Shown here: piece after piece, positions 49,670 to 63,481 of the stretch
Position numbering within the stretch: position 1 is the stretch's first letter
Layout of the letters: each line of letters begins with the position of its first letter
Assembly: GCF_963921235.1 (NCBI RefSeq)
Contig: NC_086108.1
Location: 29,452,001-29,516,000, forward strand
Length of the DNA stretch: 64,000 nt
Direction of reading: 5' to 3'
From: Mobula hypostoma
Taxonomy: Eukaryota
Made by a program: the position numbers and the translations under genes
The notes under the pieces: model-generated
Seen by the model: only the letters and a program-made list of their open reading frames with translations
Databases searched by the model: none
Told to the model about the DNA's origin: nothing

Positions 49670-50192
49670 CAGTATTGCTCAAAAATCTTTGGCACATATA
49701 TATACTGTAGCTAGTGTGCCTAAGACTTTTGCACAGTACTGTAGTAATTTTGTGATTCTGCACATTTCACTGTACTGCTGTCACAGGTAAACACTAATTT
49801 CATGACATGTGAGTGATGATAAACCTTATTCTGATATGGGTCTCTATTGTGGACAAAGAGGGGAACAGAAACAGGGAGAGGAGAGTCATAGTTGGGAAAA
49901 AGGGAAGGGAGAGGGGAGGGAGCAGGAAGCACCAGAGAGGCATTCTGTAATGATTAAGAAACCAATTGTTTGGGATGAAATTATCTTGCCTGGTTTCTCA
50001 GGGCTGGGTGTGTCTGCACCAGTGCCACCTCTTTGCCCCTGGCACTCCTCTGCCATCCCTCCTTTGCCATTCCTAACATACTTTGCTCCTGCCAGATTTA
50101 CAAACTTGCTCTCCACTCTATGTTGACAAATACCATACCTTAGGCACCCTAGTTTTATATAGGTACATGCCTAAGCCCCTTGCACAGTACTG
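49670..50192. mobile_element. Non-autonomous Tc1/mariner-type MITE
   Basis: Multiple direct and inverted copies of a CAGTACTGTGCAAAAGTCTTAGGCAC-like motif; right end CAGTACTG|TA. A related partial copy lies at 62370-62636. Confidence 0.65.
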
Positions 50193-50853
50193 TACCTACT
50201 CTCTCAAATCTGGTATCAAGAATTCGTAGGTTTATGAGCATAAACTGAGCATCACAGCAAGCTATCATTGTTATTATGGATTCAGTCTAGAGGTGAATTT
50301 TTTTTGTGTTATTTAAAAATCAGGTAAAAATGGAAATGAGAAAGGTGGTATGTTTTACTGCAAACTATGTGGAAAGTTGAACAAGTTCGTTTTCACAAAT
50401 TATTGGTGAACAAGAACAATGTTAGTGGATTATTGTTGGCTCAGACTGCAGAATGATGATAAGGATCTTTCCACTATATCTGTTATGATTATATATCTGC
50501 TATGCACTTCTGGTCAGATGCCAATTGTATTTCATTGGCTTTGTATCCGTACTCGGCACAATGACAATAAAGTTGGATCTAATCTAATCTAATGATGATA
50601 TGCACCATCCCTGAATCTGTTACTCATACTTGATTATTGATAATTCAAGTGTTTGCACATGGTTTTCCATGGCTGTATTCCCAATTCATTACATGGTGTT
50701 TAATTATTGTGCAGCGTTGTTTTAATGGGAAAAGGTCATTGCTTTCTCTGGAGCCTCATTTAACCAATGTTACTGTCTTAGTGATCTTTGTTCATCTTGC
50801 TATCTTTCCCTAAAATGCCAATCTAGGCATAACATTGAACAAAATGTTAACTA

Positions 50854-51274
50854 GCTTACTTTCTGCCCGTTAGGCTGCTGGTGTTTAGGGCAGCAATGAA
50901 TGTCCTTCATCTCTGGTGGTGTTCACGGCTTCTTTCATCATGTCAGGAGCTTCCTCTTGGTTTTCACTACTGTCAGTCAAGCCAGTCCCATGAGGAGACT
51001 CGGGAATACCGTCACACACAGATGTAGAAGTATTCTTCATTGCTGTTTCCGTAACAATTTTGTTTTACCAGTCAGGGTTGTTAGCCCTGACCAGAATGAA
51101 CCCCAAAACCTGGAGGACCGGCAGCCACTCTTAGTCCTTTGACCTGTTTGGCATGGGAGACCCTACCAAGAGCCAAAGCATAAAACCCTGACTCCAGCCA
51201 ACATAGCTCTCTGGGTCATTGAGGCACGCAAGCCTCCAAACCCCATGACAAGGCTGTTGTGGTCCTCATGGAGG
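50854..51274 (-). mobile_element. Short non-autonomous RTE-derived retroposon with 10-bp TSD
   Basis: Flanked by ATGTTAACTA at 50844-50853 and 51275-51284. The minus-strand 5' end (gccttgtcatgggg...ggcttgcgtgcctcaatgacccagagagctatg...ggtagggtctcccatgccaaacaggtc) resembles Rex3/Expander RTE 5' UTRs. Confidence 0.7.
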
Positions 51275-51989
51275 ATGTTAACTAACAATTTGTACAAATT
51301 CCCATTACCTTCTGCTTTTCTACTCTGTAAAACTTTGAATCCCAGTGCAATACTTTGATCAATTATGTTTCTTTATTGAAATTATTTTGCAACTAAGCTT
51401 TAATTCTATCCTCTTCTGCCCTCTTAAAAGAAAAAAAGGGCTTGATCAAATTGTAGTTAAATCTAAAAGTTTAGAAATGACAATGTAATTTCACTTTCAT
51501 CACACATACTGATGTACATTTTGTTTTCTCCAGTTTTAGTTCTAATTATCACCCATTGTGTTGGTTTAATAAGGATATAGAAAATGAAGCATAAGAGGTA
51601 TCATCAATGTCATTTGTCATAAGCATTTCTGCCACCCATCTCTTGCCTTCTTGCCCTGACTCCTTACAACTGAAAATATATCAGTCCTGTATATAATAAC
51701 GACTGACTCTGCACTGTTCAATGGGAAGGAACTTTGAAAGATTCTAAACTGAAGCAAGAAAATTTCCCCCCGATCATTCGCATGTTGGGCAATCCATCGT
51801 TTGGTGCTTGTGATCTCCAGATCTAGGGTCCATAGCTGGAGGAAATGGTCTCAGTGTCTACCTTGGTAAGAGGAGTACTCCTGATTCGTACTTGTATTAG
51901 AGGTGCAAAATTGATAACTAATAAGGGCATATTCAAAGCCACGTGCAAACACTTGAAGGCCTTTGCCTGTAAACACCACATCAAGACTC

Positions 51990-52340
51990 AAGGTAATCAA
52001 TCTTCCTCTGAATTCTGGGTCCGAGGTTTCCAAACAAGTTTTGGCAGAGCAGACGCAGGAAGGATTTTCTCCTGTAAGGGTATCTAGAATCAAGGATAAA
52101 ATAGGTGAACAATGAAGCATGATTGTAATGAGGGGAAATGTCTTCAGCGCGGATGAATGAATCATGGAATTCACTACTCAAAATGGATGGAATATACACA
52201 GTATATTCAAGGCTGTTATCGATAGCTGATCATACTCGAGGGGAATCAAGGTTAGTGCAGGAAAGTAGTGCTGAGGTCAAAGTCCAATTAATCGCTTTTT
52301 TGGATAATGGACTAACTACTACTTCTATTTTATGGTCTTA
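51990..52340 (+). mobile_element. Old CR1 3' fragment
   Basis: Degenerate atgaggggaaatgtcttcagcgcggatgaatgaatcatggaattcactac, followed by a tail ending ttatggtctta. Confidence 0.55.
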
Positions 52341-52631
52341 AGCTTTCTATATTATGATGACAATGAGTTAAAATGGCTTTCAAAATAGCCTTGATTGTGG
52401 TGTAATTACCAATTCTCCACCTAAATTACTTGAGGATATTAAAATTATTGTGACGCTCCTGATGCAATACAGTGCATTCTTCTGAAAGTGCACAAGCATA
52501 ATCCAAAAAAACTTCTGATGAATCACTTGTGATTGGTCACAGTGTGATGTATAAGTGGTTATATATGCTATTATAACATTAAAGGAACTATCCATATTGT
52601 GAAGAGATAAAACCTTTGTTGTTGTCAAACA

Positions 52632-53660
52632 TATACTTTATACTTTATTGTCACCAAACAATTGATACTAGAACGTACAATCATCATAGCGATATTTGAT
52701 TCTGTGCTTCCTGCTCCCTGGATTACAAATCGATAGTAAATATTAAAAAATTAAATTATAAATCATAAATAGAAAATAGAAAAATGGAATGTAAGGTAGT
52801 GCAAAAAAACCAAGAGGCAGGTCCGGATATTTGGAGGGTATGGCCCAGATCCGGGTCAGGATCCGTTCAGCAGTCTTATCACAATTGGAAAGAAGATGTT
52901 CCCAAATCTGGCTGTACGAGTCTTCAAGCTCCTGAGCCTTCTCCCAGAGGGAAGAGGGACGAAAAGTGTGTTGGCTGGGTGGGTCTTGTCCTTGATTATC
53001 CTGGCAGCACTGCTCCGACAGTGTGCGGTGTAAAGTGAGTCCAAGGACAGAAACTTGGTTTGAGTGATGTGCTGCGCTGTGTTCATGATCTTCTGTAGCT
53101 TCTTTTGGTCTTAGACAGGACAAGTTCCATACCAGGTTGTGATGCACCCTAGAAGAATGCTTTCTACGGTGCATCTATAAAAATTAGTGAGGGTTTTAGG
53201 GGACAGGCCAAATTTCTTTAGTTTTCTCAGGAAGTAAAGGTGCTGGTGGGCCTTCTTGGCAGTGAACTCTGCTTGGTTGGACCAAGTCAGGTCATTTGTG
53301 ATATTGACCCGGAGGAACTTAAAGCTTTTGACCTGTTCCACTTGTGCACCACCGATGTAAATTGGGTCGTGCGGTCCGCTACTCCTTCTGAAGTCAACAA
53401 CCAATTCCTTCGTCTTGCTGACGTTGAGGGATAGGTTATTGTCTTCGCAGCATGCCACCAGGTTCTTAATTTCCTCTCTGCACTCAAACTCATCATTACC
53501 TGAGATACGGCCTACAATTGTTGTGTCATCAGCAAACTTATATATTGAGTTTGATGGAAACTTGGCTGCACAATCAGTGAGTACAGCAGGGGGCTGAGTA
53601 CACAGCCTTGTGGGGCACCGGTGCTCAGAATGATTGTAGAGGAGAGCTTGTCCCCTATTT
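52632..53660 (-). mobile_element. Rex1/Babar-type LINE 3' half, relatively young
   Basis: YKFADDTTIVG, NNLSLNVSKTKELVVDFRR, KKAHQHLYFLRKLKK, LTNFYRCTVESIL and HPANTLFVPLPSGRRLRSL; tail of TATACTT repeats on the plus strand. Confidence 0.92.
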
Positions 53661-53664
53661 TAGA

Positions 53665-53940
53665 CTATTAGTTGGAGAGTTTAGGGTCCAAGGCCACAGC
53701 TTAGAATAAAGGAATGTCTCAGAAGATGGTGCAACTGTGGAATTTATTGCTACAGATGAAGGCAAGATCAGTGGATGTATTTAAAGCAGATTGATTTGTT
53801 CTTGGTTGATAAGGAGTTTAAGCATTTCAGGGAGAAGGTGAGAGAATGGTGTTGGAAGCAATCAGCTATGATTGAATGTCAGGGCATACTTCATGGGTCA
53901 AGTGGCTCAAATCTGCCCCTATTTCTTTTGGTCTTATGGA
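53665..53940 (+). mobile_element. CR1 3' fragment
   Basis: ggccacagcttagaataaagg...aactgtggaatttattgc...ggtcttatgg tail. Confidence 0.65.
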
Positions 53941-54287
53941 ATGCATTTCAGTCAGTGGGCAGAATACAATGTGTTGCTATAACTATATAATCAGCTTAGT
54001 TTAACTCATCAGAAGTGAATTTCTAGGAAGAGACATCGCCGTTCACTCACTTTATTTTGATAGAACCTCCCAATCCTTCAGCCATTGGAAAGACATCATT
54101 TGCCTTTACCTGCAGGACCCCTCCCAATCACATTCCATCCCAACCTGAAGATAATATTTCAACTCCTTCATCTTTGCTGGACCTACACCTGGAGCTCCTT
54201 AATTGAAAGAAGTACCTACCCAATGGTAGGTAAGGAAGAGAAAGGGGTGAAGTTAGATTCTGGCTTTGCCACTGACATCATCCACCA

Positions 54288-54525
54288 AGTTCAAAATCTA
54301 TTTATTATCAAAGTACATATACGTCACCATATCCTACCTTGAGATTCATTTTTTGCAGGCTTTACAACAAAATAAAGAAATACAATATAATTTATGGAAA
54401 ACTATAAATAACAAAGAATGATGAACAGCCAATGTGCAAAAGAAGACAAATCATGCAGGCAATAAAAATAGGTAATAAATAATACTGGTTGTAGAGTCCT
54501 TGAAAGTGAGTCTATAGGTTGTGGA
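54288..54525 (-). mobile_element. Rex1/Babar-type 3' tail fragment
   Basis: Matches 1400-1660. Confidence 0.7.
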
Positions 54526-56219
54526 GACCCACTATTAACTAAGGTACTAAACTAATTAATGTTGGACCAGTAAGATTCACAATCAGACGATAGTTTTCCT
54601 GGCCTGCATGGGACTCCAGATTCACCCAAATGTGCTTGATTCGGAAGTGGCCAATGGTGTGGGCTGGAAGACAGCTCAGTTGCATCAGAGTTTCAGATCA
54701 CCTTGGTGCTGTGAGTGAATTAACACCCACAGTTAAAATAAACTTCAAATTTGTCTCTCTGTCTCTGTCCTGTTTGCAGAGAAGGAAAGTGACACCAGCC
54801 TGGATGCCTCTCCCAGTGCTCTGAGTGAGTTTGCATTGAATTCAGAATACTTGTGAATAGCTAGCGAATTTCAATGATTCAGCAAATCCCTGGGCAAACT
54901 GACTATACCTAGTAGTAAGGCACTGCAGGTAGTCACTTGAAAGCATGGTTATAAAAGCCCACGAGATCGGAAGCAAGTGTGACACAAGAGTGAAAAACTG
55001 TAGGGGCGGATATCTGGAAAGGAAGCAAAAAAAATCATGAAACTACTCGGTAAGTCAGGCCGTACCTGTGGAGAGAGGAATGGAATTAACCTGAACTGAG
55101 GACTGAAATGTTAACTGTTTCTCTCCTTTCAGATGTTGTCCGAGTCTTTTCAGCATTTTCAAATCATGCGCTGTGTTATGTTGCAGAAGCTGAAGAATCT
55201 CTGCAAATCTCTAGCCTGGATGGTTATGCATGCTGGATCACTAGTGATACTTAAAGGGAAACTGGAGAACTGACATAGAAGAGGAGTTGAGGCCTTGGGT
55301 AAATCAGCCTTCATCTTAGGGAAAAGCTTGGTAGGTTTAAGGGGCCAAGTAGCCATCTCTGCCCCTATCACCAGCAAACCCAGTTCTATTTAATGGAATG
55401 TCTACTCTCATACACAGACAAAATAGGTCCAATGGAAAGTTCTTAGAAGAGAAATGGAGTTTTTTTTTCTCTCTGCAAACTGAAATTCGAGCAGTAGATC
55501 TATCTCAAATGGAGAACTCTTAGAATAAAAGCAACCCCGCAACTACTGAACCTGCATTACTTTCCTGTAGAGTAATGAGTGCTCCATTTATGGAAAATCA
55601 GAAGGTCAGAGGGCTTTCCCTGTCAGCCAGTGCTATTGATCTTATATGTAGAGAAGCAGAAGGAGCGGAAATGAAGTTTCCAAGGTATCACAGTTCGCAA
55701 TCCATACCTACACTAACTCTAGCAAGGATAGCTTCTTAAAAATTGTTGAGGAAGAAATCTCCATTGGATGCTCTGCAATTACTCATCAATCCTTCTCCCA
55801 TCTCCTTGCATTGACCGAATGGCTGTTTGTTTCAAAAATTTCTGAAGTGTCCGTCAGCTATTAAAGCTGAAAATCTCTTGTTTTATATTTCATAACATCA
55901 TTTACTGTACTATAGAATGCACTGTGGCCTGCCTCCCAAATTTACAATTATGAAGGCCATATTTGTGGCTTTAATGATCTCTTGAATGTTGAGCAATGGT
56001 CCGCACTTCAAGAAAGATGAAATATGTTCTTTAAAGTAAACTAACTCTTTAAGATAAGCTGATAGTTTAAGAAAAAAGTACTCTTTACATTAAAGAGCAG
56101 ACTCCTGATTTAATACATTTAAAACCAAGACATCCACAGGTTTTAGTTGTGTTAGGGTGAGAAGCAGTCAGCAATACACTGCTTTGAAATCCTTAAGCGA
56201 TCTTTGAAGTTGCCCATGA

Positions 56220-56705
56220 TGAAACAGCAGCAAGAATTTATCAAACTCATTATCGACATGGTAGGTTTGCTCTGTGAGGAGACATTGAGTAGTCTGGGAG
56301 TGTATTCTCTAGAGCTTAGAAGAATGAGAAGAGAAGTTTTCAAAACCTAAACTTCTTAAAGGGCTAGTTAAGCTAGGTGCAGTGAAAAGGTTTTCCCTCA
56401 CTGAGGAGTTAGGATTGAGTGCATAGTTTGAGATTAAAACATAGGCCTATTAGAATTGAGACAAAGGGCAGAAATTTTCTCACTCAGAGACTGATGAATC
56501 TGGACTTCTCGGCCGTGGAGAACTGAAGTGGCTCAGTGGCTATATTCATTCATAACAGAGACTGAAGGAGTTCATGATATATTGAATGTCAAGAAATATG
56601 AAAATAGTGTGAGAACATAGCACTAAAGTAAAAGAATAGCCATGATCTTGATGGATTGTGTAACAAGCTTAAAAGGCCAGATGGCCTAGTCCTGCTCCTG
56701 TTATG
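56220..56705 (+). mobile_element. Old CR1 3' fragment
   Basis: ctgggagtgtattctctagagcttagaagaatgaga encodes LGVYSLELRRMR; tail cctagtcctgctcctg. Confidence 0.65.
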
Positions 56706-57262
56706 CATCCTGTTATCCCATTGAGCAAGCTTGAATCATAACATTGCATGCTGGAGAAGATTTCTTTTCTATTAAACATACATAGCTTTCTTGAATTTCA
56801 ACCTTAAGCGGTATTCCGAAAACAATTCTTAGATTGTAAATAAGTTACTTGAGCACAGATTGTTGTTAATTTTCACTAACTTACTGTTTCGTGCATTTTT
56901 TTAATGATGGAACCAGAACCCATTGGCACAGCAGAAATCCATTGCAGAAGCTTATTAATTTGAATTGCATGATACAAAGGTGGAATTGAAAGCCAGGTAC
57001 CAGCAACAATGAATCTCTTATGATTGTCTTGAAAAGCCACCAGTTTGTTTATACTAAAGCAGAACTAGCAGGAAGCTGAGTTTGTCCAGCAGTGCTAGCT
57101 GCAATTGAAGAGGAAGACTGATCAGATCAGTAGGGATAACCAGTAAATTCAAATGTGTAGGTAATGCAACATTCTGAGAATGAGTGTGTAAAGTTAAAAA
57201 AATTATTAAATACTGTTACTTGCTATGTACTATACCATAACCATTCCTTCATTGTCAGCTGT

Positions 57263-57572
57263 TGTTAGTCCCTCACAGCAGCACTGATCCCGGTTTGCTC
57301 CTGATCTCCGAAGCTGTTGTGTGGAGTTTGTAGGTGGTACCCTGCTCACCTGGCTTTCCTCTTACACGTATGATGGTATGTTAGTTGGCCAACGTGAATT
57401 GCCCTTACAGTGGAATGGTAGAATCTGGAGGGCGGTGGGGTGAGGAGGGAACTTGATGGAAGTGCAGGGAGAATGAAATTGGATAACTGTAGATTTATTG
57501 TAAATGGATTCTTGATGGTCTGCATGAACCTCGTGGCCCTAAGGTCTTGATTTCCTGCTGTATCACTCGATA
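57263..57572 (+). mobile_element. HE1/V-SINE-type SINE, degenerate
   Basis: ctcacagc...gatcccggttt...tgtgtggagtttg V-domain and a CR1-like tail. Confidence 0.6.
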
Positions 57573-57944
57573 TCTAATAGCATTGCTGTATTTTAGGCAT
57601 AGGCATTTGCAAGTTTAGATAGGCAAGATTCCAAACAAAAATCAACAGCTGATCATATTGTGTCTGGGGCTATGATCAGGCTGGTTAGTGGCATCATCAC
57701 TGATTTTATTGTTCACCATTTCATTGTCTTACTTAAACATTATCCAACATCTGTCCACATTCAAAATCAGGTAGGATGGCCCGTGGTAACCATCAGCAGA
57801 AAATTTATCAAACTGAACTGCTCATCTCAGCTTTCCATCACAGCTCTAGAAGTGGATCTTCCACTCACAGGCTTTAACTGTTATAAAGTTATATCGCATG
57901 GAGACAGACCATTTGTCAGGGGATTCATGTCAGCAAGATAAATT

Positions 57945-58680
57945 GGTAAAATAGTTTATTATTGTCACATGTACTAAGAAAAACTGTTTTGCATATAATC
58001 CATACAGATTATTTTATTATAACAAATGCATTGGGCTGGTACAAGGGAAAACAAAGTTCAAAGTAAATTTATTATTAAAGTACATATGTGCCACCATATA
58101 CAACCCTGAGATTCATTTTCTTGTGGCATACTCAATAAATCAATATAATGCTATAATAATAACCAAAACAGAATCAATGGAAGACCACGCCAAATTGGGC
58201 GCTCAACAAACTGCGTTAATACATAAATAAATAAATAACAATAATTAAGCAATAAATATCAAGAACATGAGATGAAGAGTCCTTGAAAGTGGGTTGTGGG
58301 AACATTTCAATGATGAGACAAATGAAGTAGAGAGAAGTTATCCCCTTTGCTTCAAGAGCTTGATGGGTGAGGGGAAAAAACTGTTCCTGAACTTGGTGGA
58401 GGAGGGCCTGAGGCTCCTGTACCACCTTCCTGATGGCAGCAGCGAGAAGAGAGCATGTCCTGGGTGATGGGGGTCCCTGGTGATAGATGCTGCTTTCCTG
58501 TGACAGCATTTCATGTAGATATGATCAATGGTGGGGAGGGCTTTACCCTTGTTAGACTACAACATAACAGAATGCAGAATAAATTTTTACAGTTACAGAG
58601 AAAGTACAGTGCTGGCAGACAATAAAATGCAAGGCCATGATGAGGTAAGTTGTGAGGTCAAGAGTCCATCTAAGCTAGTT
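57945..58680 (-). mobile_element. Two Rex1/Babar-type 3' fragments, one (58055-58555) nested in the other
   Basis: The outer tail tttattattgtcacatgtac...gggaaaacaa resumes as ataacagaatgcagaata after the inner copy, which carries the KAASITRD...LFSLLPSGR block. Confidence 0.7.
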
Positions 58681-59005
58681 CCATTTGTGTTAATATTTCA
58701 GTGACCTTAAACATGGATCTTGCTTCTACTTCTGCAGTTGCAATCCGAGTATCTGAGAGTATTGTTAGCATTGTCAGGTTATTTTTCAGATTTATATTAC
58801 CTGCATATTTTGCTTTATTTTTGGTCTAAGTTCCTCTGAAAACTGTAAAGGATGGAAAGATATATCGGTAGGACTACTTACGTTTGTTTGAACTTCTCCA
58901 TTGTCATGATTGAACCTGGAAATGGTGGCAAATGCAATTTACTCAAAATTAGATGAGTTTTCAATCATAATTTCAGAGATGTGTGATCACATATTGAAAA
59001 ATATA

Positions 59006-59290
59006 GTCCTACTGTGTGGCAATATGCCCTTTGGCCCATTGAGTCTGCACTGACCATCAAACATCCAATTGCACTAATCTATACTAATCCTATTTCGTTC
59101 TCTCCACATTTCCATCAAAACCCCCTGATTCTGCACATTAAAGACAATATATAGTGGTCAACTTCCTAGCCAGCCCACATGTCTTTTGGATGTGGAAGGA
59201 AAGCAGAATACCAGAGGCAACACAAGAGGTCACAAGGAGAACTCGTGAGCTCCACGTAAATAGCACCTGAGATCAGGTTTGAATGGGCTC
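59006..59290 (-). mobile_element. HE1/V-SINE-type SINE, degenerate
   Basis: Reverse V-domain gtcttttggatgtggaaggaaagcagaatacc...ctccac. Confidence 0.6.
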
Positions 59291-59699
59291 TGCTTTGTCC
59301 TTTAATTAAAGTACAATTTTGTATAGGTGATGTGAAGATATTGTATAAAAAAATACCTCGTAACATAGAGAACTGACAGCTGCACTAAAAAGCAATGAAA
59401 TGACAAATTTAGCATTTGTTTGCCCAGTAAATCTAGCTTCAAAAGTTCAACGTCTAAGCGTACCCATAACATGTATGTAGCTTCAGATGGTTGTCTGTTC
59501 ATGTCCAAATTCTCAGCTGACATCCAACACAAAAGAGAAGTCAGGCTACACACAAACAAGTCCACTCTTGAATCTACGTTACAAGCTTCATACATAGTGC
59601 AGCATATCGAGGGTTGGGCAGTAAATGTCAGCTTTGTCAGTGAAGCCCACGCACCAGAAAAGGAAGAAATCATAATATTATTTGTAATCTGTTAGTGCC

Positions 59700-59935
59700 A
59701 CAGTGCTGCAGCTGGTTGAGCTGTACAGGTGCAGAATCCAGTTTCTATCAAATCTGTGTGGAGTTCGCACATTCCTCTGGTGTCTGCATGGGTTTCCTCC
59801 CAATTCCGGAAATGGTGCGGGTTGTTAGATTCATTGATCAGTTTAAGTTTCCCCTCATGTATAGGTGGTAGGATATTGGGAGAAGTTGAAGAGAATGAGG
59901 AGAGAATAAAATTGGGTATGGTAGAATTAGAGTTC
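59700..59935 (+). mobile_element. HE1/V-SINE-type SINE, degenerate
   Basis: tctgtgtggagttcgcacattcctctggtgtctgcatgggtttcctcc core. Confidence 0.65.
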
Positions 59936-59936
59936 G

Positions 59937-61625
59937 GGTGGCGGGGTTGAGATACGTCTCCACCAAGGAGGTGTAAGATGCTCCATCTCCAAAGTACTAG
60001 CCTGCAAGGTCACTGTTCGGCAAGATGTAGTACTTGCTTAGCACCCAGTCAGGGTTACGTGAAGCCGTGGGAGCAAGTGGTCATATGAGCAGCTGGTGCG
60101 TCCCACAAGTCCTGGTTATGCGATCACTGACACCAGGCAGACGATCTCTGAAGAGCATTGATAATGGCTGGGGTCACCCATCTTGTAAAGACACTGCCCA
60201 GAAGAAGGCAATGGCAAACCAGAGAAAATCTGCAGGTGCTGGAAATCCAGGCAACACACACACAAAAAGCTGGAGGAATTCAGCAGGCCAGGCAGCATCT
60301 ATGGAAAAGAGTACAGTCGAACTTTTGAGGTGAGACCCTTCAGCAGGACTGGAGAAAAAAAGATGAGCAGTAGATTTAAAAGATGGGAGGCAGGGGAAGA
60401 AACACGAGGTGATTGATGAAACCTGGAAGGGGAGGAGTGAAGTAAAGAGCTGGGAAGTTGATTGGTGAAAGAGGTACAGAGCTGGAGAAGGGGAAGTCTG
60501 ATAGGAGAGGACAGAAAGCTATGGAAGAAAGAAAAGGGGGAGGAGCACTGGAGATGATGGGAAGGCAAGGGGATAAGGTGAGAGAGGGAAAAGGGGATGG
60601 GAGCTGGTGAAGGAGAGCAGGAAGCCATTACTGGAACTTTGAGAAAAGGATGTTCATGCCATGAGGTTGGAGGCTACCCAGATGGAATATAAGGTATTGT
60701 TCCTCCAACTTCAGTGTGGCCTCATCACAACAGTGGAGGCCACAGCAGGAGCACTGGACACTGTATATGACATCAACAGACTCACAGGTGAAGTGTTGCT
60801 TCACCTGGAAGAACTGTTTGGGGCCCTAAATGGGAGTGAGGGAGGAGGTGTAGGGGCAGGTGTAGCATTTGTTCCGCTTGCAAGGATATGTACCAGGAGG
60901 GAGATCAGTGGGGAGGGACGACTGGACAAAGAAGTTGCATAGGGAGTGATTCCTTCAGACAGCAGGAAGTGAGGGGGAGGGAATGATGTGCTTGGTGGTG
61001 AGATCCCGTTTGGAGATGGTGGAAATTGTGGAGAATTATGTGCTGGACCGGAGCCTGGTGGGGTGCTAGGTGAGGACAAGAGGAATCCTATTCGTGGTAG
61101 GGTGGTGAGAGGATGGGGTGAGAGCAGATTTGTGTGAAATGGAAGAGATGCGGTTCAGGGCAGCATTGATGGTGGAAGAAGGGAAGCCCCTTTCTTTGAA
61201 GAAGTAGGACATCTCCTGCATTCTGGAATGAAAAGACTCACCCTGAGTGCAGATGTGGAGGAGACAAAGGAATTGGGAGCAGCGGATGGGGTTTTCACAA
61301 GTAACAGGTTAGTTGTGGGAATCCGGGGGTTTGTAACAGACATCAGTAGATAAGCTATCTCTAGAGATAGAAGCAAAGAGATCGAGAAATGGAAGGGAGG
61401 TATCAGTACCAGGTAAATTTGAGTGCAGGGTGGAAGTTGGAGGCAAAATGGATGAAGTTGACGAGTTCAGCATGGGTGTAGGAAGCAACATCAATGCAGT
61501 CATTGATGTAGCGTAGGAAAATAAGGCAATGACAAACTACTTCTGTAGAGAAATTTGCCAAGAACAATCATAGTGAATGACCATGATCATCCACATCATA
61601 CAACACGGCACATGATGGTGATGAG
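59937..61625 (+). mobile_element. RTE-related short retroposon (59937-60219 plus 61523-61625), split by a Penelope insertion
   Basis: Same family as 22382-22678; contains GAAGAAGGCAATGGCAAAC and a GAT-repeat-like tail. Confidence 0.75.
60220..61522 (-). mobile_element. Penelope-like element 3' fragment, degenerate, with ~15-bp TSD
   Basis: TSLPFLDL...STDVCYKPPDSH; collinear with 27553-29050. Flanked by AAGGCAATG(G/A)CAAAC at 60205-60219 and 61523-61537. Its hammerhead motif (60315-60350) is mutated. Confidence 0.88.
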
Positions 61626-62369
61626 GAGGAGGAAGAGGATTAGTGCACAAATGGGTGTTTTGACAGTCAGTATGAATTTGTTGGGCTGAAGACCCTTTTT
61701 CAGAATTGTATCCATCTATGTCATGGAGCAAGATTTAAGATGAATTGTCTTGTACTTCCATATAGAGTTGGTAGCTCAGACACTGCCACCTCAACCTCAG
61801 CCCACATCCGTTTCCGGTCATGACCCCGAATCATCCACAGATGCTGCTTGACCCATTAAGTTCCCCCAGCAATTTGTTTTCTGCTCCAGATTACCACACC
61901 TGTAGTGTCTTCTGTCTGCATAATATTACAGCCAAATTCAAATAGTCTCTTATGATCACTGGTATTCAGTGCAATGCTTATGACGTTTGTAAATCACACT
62001 AGAAACAACATCTTGCATATGTTATGAAGCCAATTGTCTTTATGGGCAGTAATGTACTCATACTGTTCAATGTTACAATCCCAAGGCTCATTGGTATACT
62101 CTCACTATTGTTAATTGCTGCTCATGTGTCTGACTCGCCATGTATGCTCTTTCCTGCGCATATCTGAGCACAGCCATTAAGCTTTAGTGCAAAGGAGAAG
62201 TCGTCTGTCTTCTCACTTTCATGCAACACTATAACTAGGGAAACTGCTGGTGCCCATAGTCACCTTTCATTGATGTAACACAGACCATTCAGCTGCTGCC
62301 TTCTCCACATTTATACATGCCTCTCTTTTGTTTCTGCAGATGCCCTCACTTTGCAATTATATGAGGCTA

Positions 62370-62636
62370 AATCTCAGGGTTGAGTGTGTCTGGACCTGCG
62401 CCAACCTCGCCATTGGCACTCCTTCTCTGCCACCTGTGTGACACTCCTTTAATGGCACTGCACCCTCACCATTCCCAAAATCCTTTGCTCCCACCAGATT
62501 TACAAACTCGCTTTCCGCTGCACATTAACAAATACAGTACTGTGCATAGGTGTTAGGCACCCTAGCTATATATATGTATGTACTTGTATGTATGTGTGTG
62601 TATATATATATAAAATACCTTTTTGCACAGCACTGT
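62370..62636. mobile_element. Partial copy of the MITE family at 49670-50192
   Basis: Shares tctcagggttgagtgtgtctg...ccagatttacaaactcgct...cagtactgtgc...ttaggcaccctag. Confidence 0.65.
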
Positions 62637-63304
62637 ATTCAAATTTTGGCTTTGAACTTTATAAAGCCCCTTTTGTTTTGATATTAACTAAGGAAACTAT
62701 TCTAAGAGTATACATTCAAACAAACAAACTAATAAAAGAAAGACAGAATTGCTGGAAATACTTAACAGGTGAGAGTGCATCTGTGGGAAGAGAGACAGAG
62801 CTAATATTTTGGGTCAAAGACCCATTGTAAGAACTGGGAAGGAGGCAAAAGAGACCTATTGAGCTACAGAGAGAATGGAAGAGTGGGGATGTCTATGCTA
62901 GGGGATAGCTGGGATTACATTGAGAATAAGCTGCCTGTGAGTGAAATAGAGCAGTTGCAGAATGTAGATAAAAGAGCGTAGGAGTTTTGAAATGCAGAGC
63001 AGTAAGGCATGAGTCAGTCTGAACATGTCCTCCTTGTCCTCAGAGTAAAAGAGTTAAATAGAGACGGGAAATAATGCCTAATTTTACGAATAATAACAAA
63101 CAGATTAAGAAATGAAGATACCTGATACCTCAATATGGAGTTGAGAAGTCTGCAAAGTGCCTCATTAGTAACAGTGCAGGAGGCTGGGACCTATAGGTCA
63201 GGGTTGGAGTGGGATGGGAAATTAAGGACAGTTCTCTGATACTCAAAACGTACTTGGCCTAATGAATTAGTGCAAGACCACTGATTTTTAAGGATTTCAA
63301 ATAA

Positions 63305-63481
63305 GGGCAGCACATTGGCAAAGCAAGTAGAGCTGATGTATCACAGTCCAGCGACCTTGGTTTCATCTGAATGGCATTTGTGTGTTTTCCCTCTGACTGT
63401 AGGTTTCCTCTAGGTTCTCCAGTTTCCTTCCACACCTCAAAGATTTAGGGGTCAGTAGGTTAATTGATCACGTAAACTGCC
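63305..63481 (+). mobile_element. HE1/V-SINE-type SINE fragment
   Basis: gggcagcacattggca...tcacagtccagcgacc...ggtttcctctaggttctccagtttccttccacacctcaaaga. Confidence 0.65.

Noticed and set aside
60315..60350. Third functional hammerhead ribozyme
   Set aside because: The core is mutated (CTGCTGA instead of CTGANGA, and GAAAC is lost).
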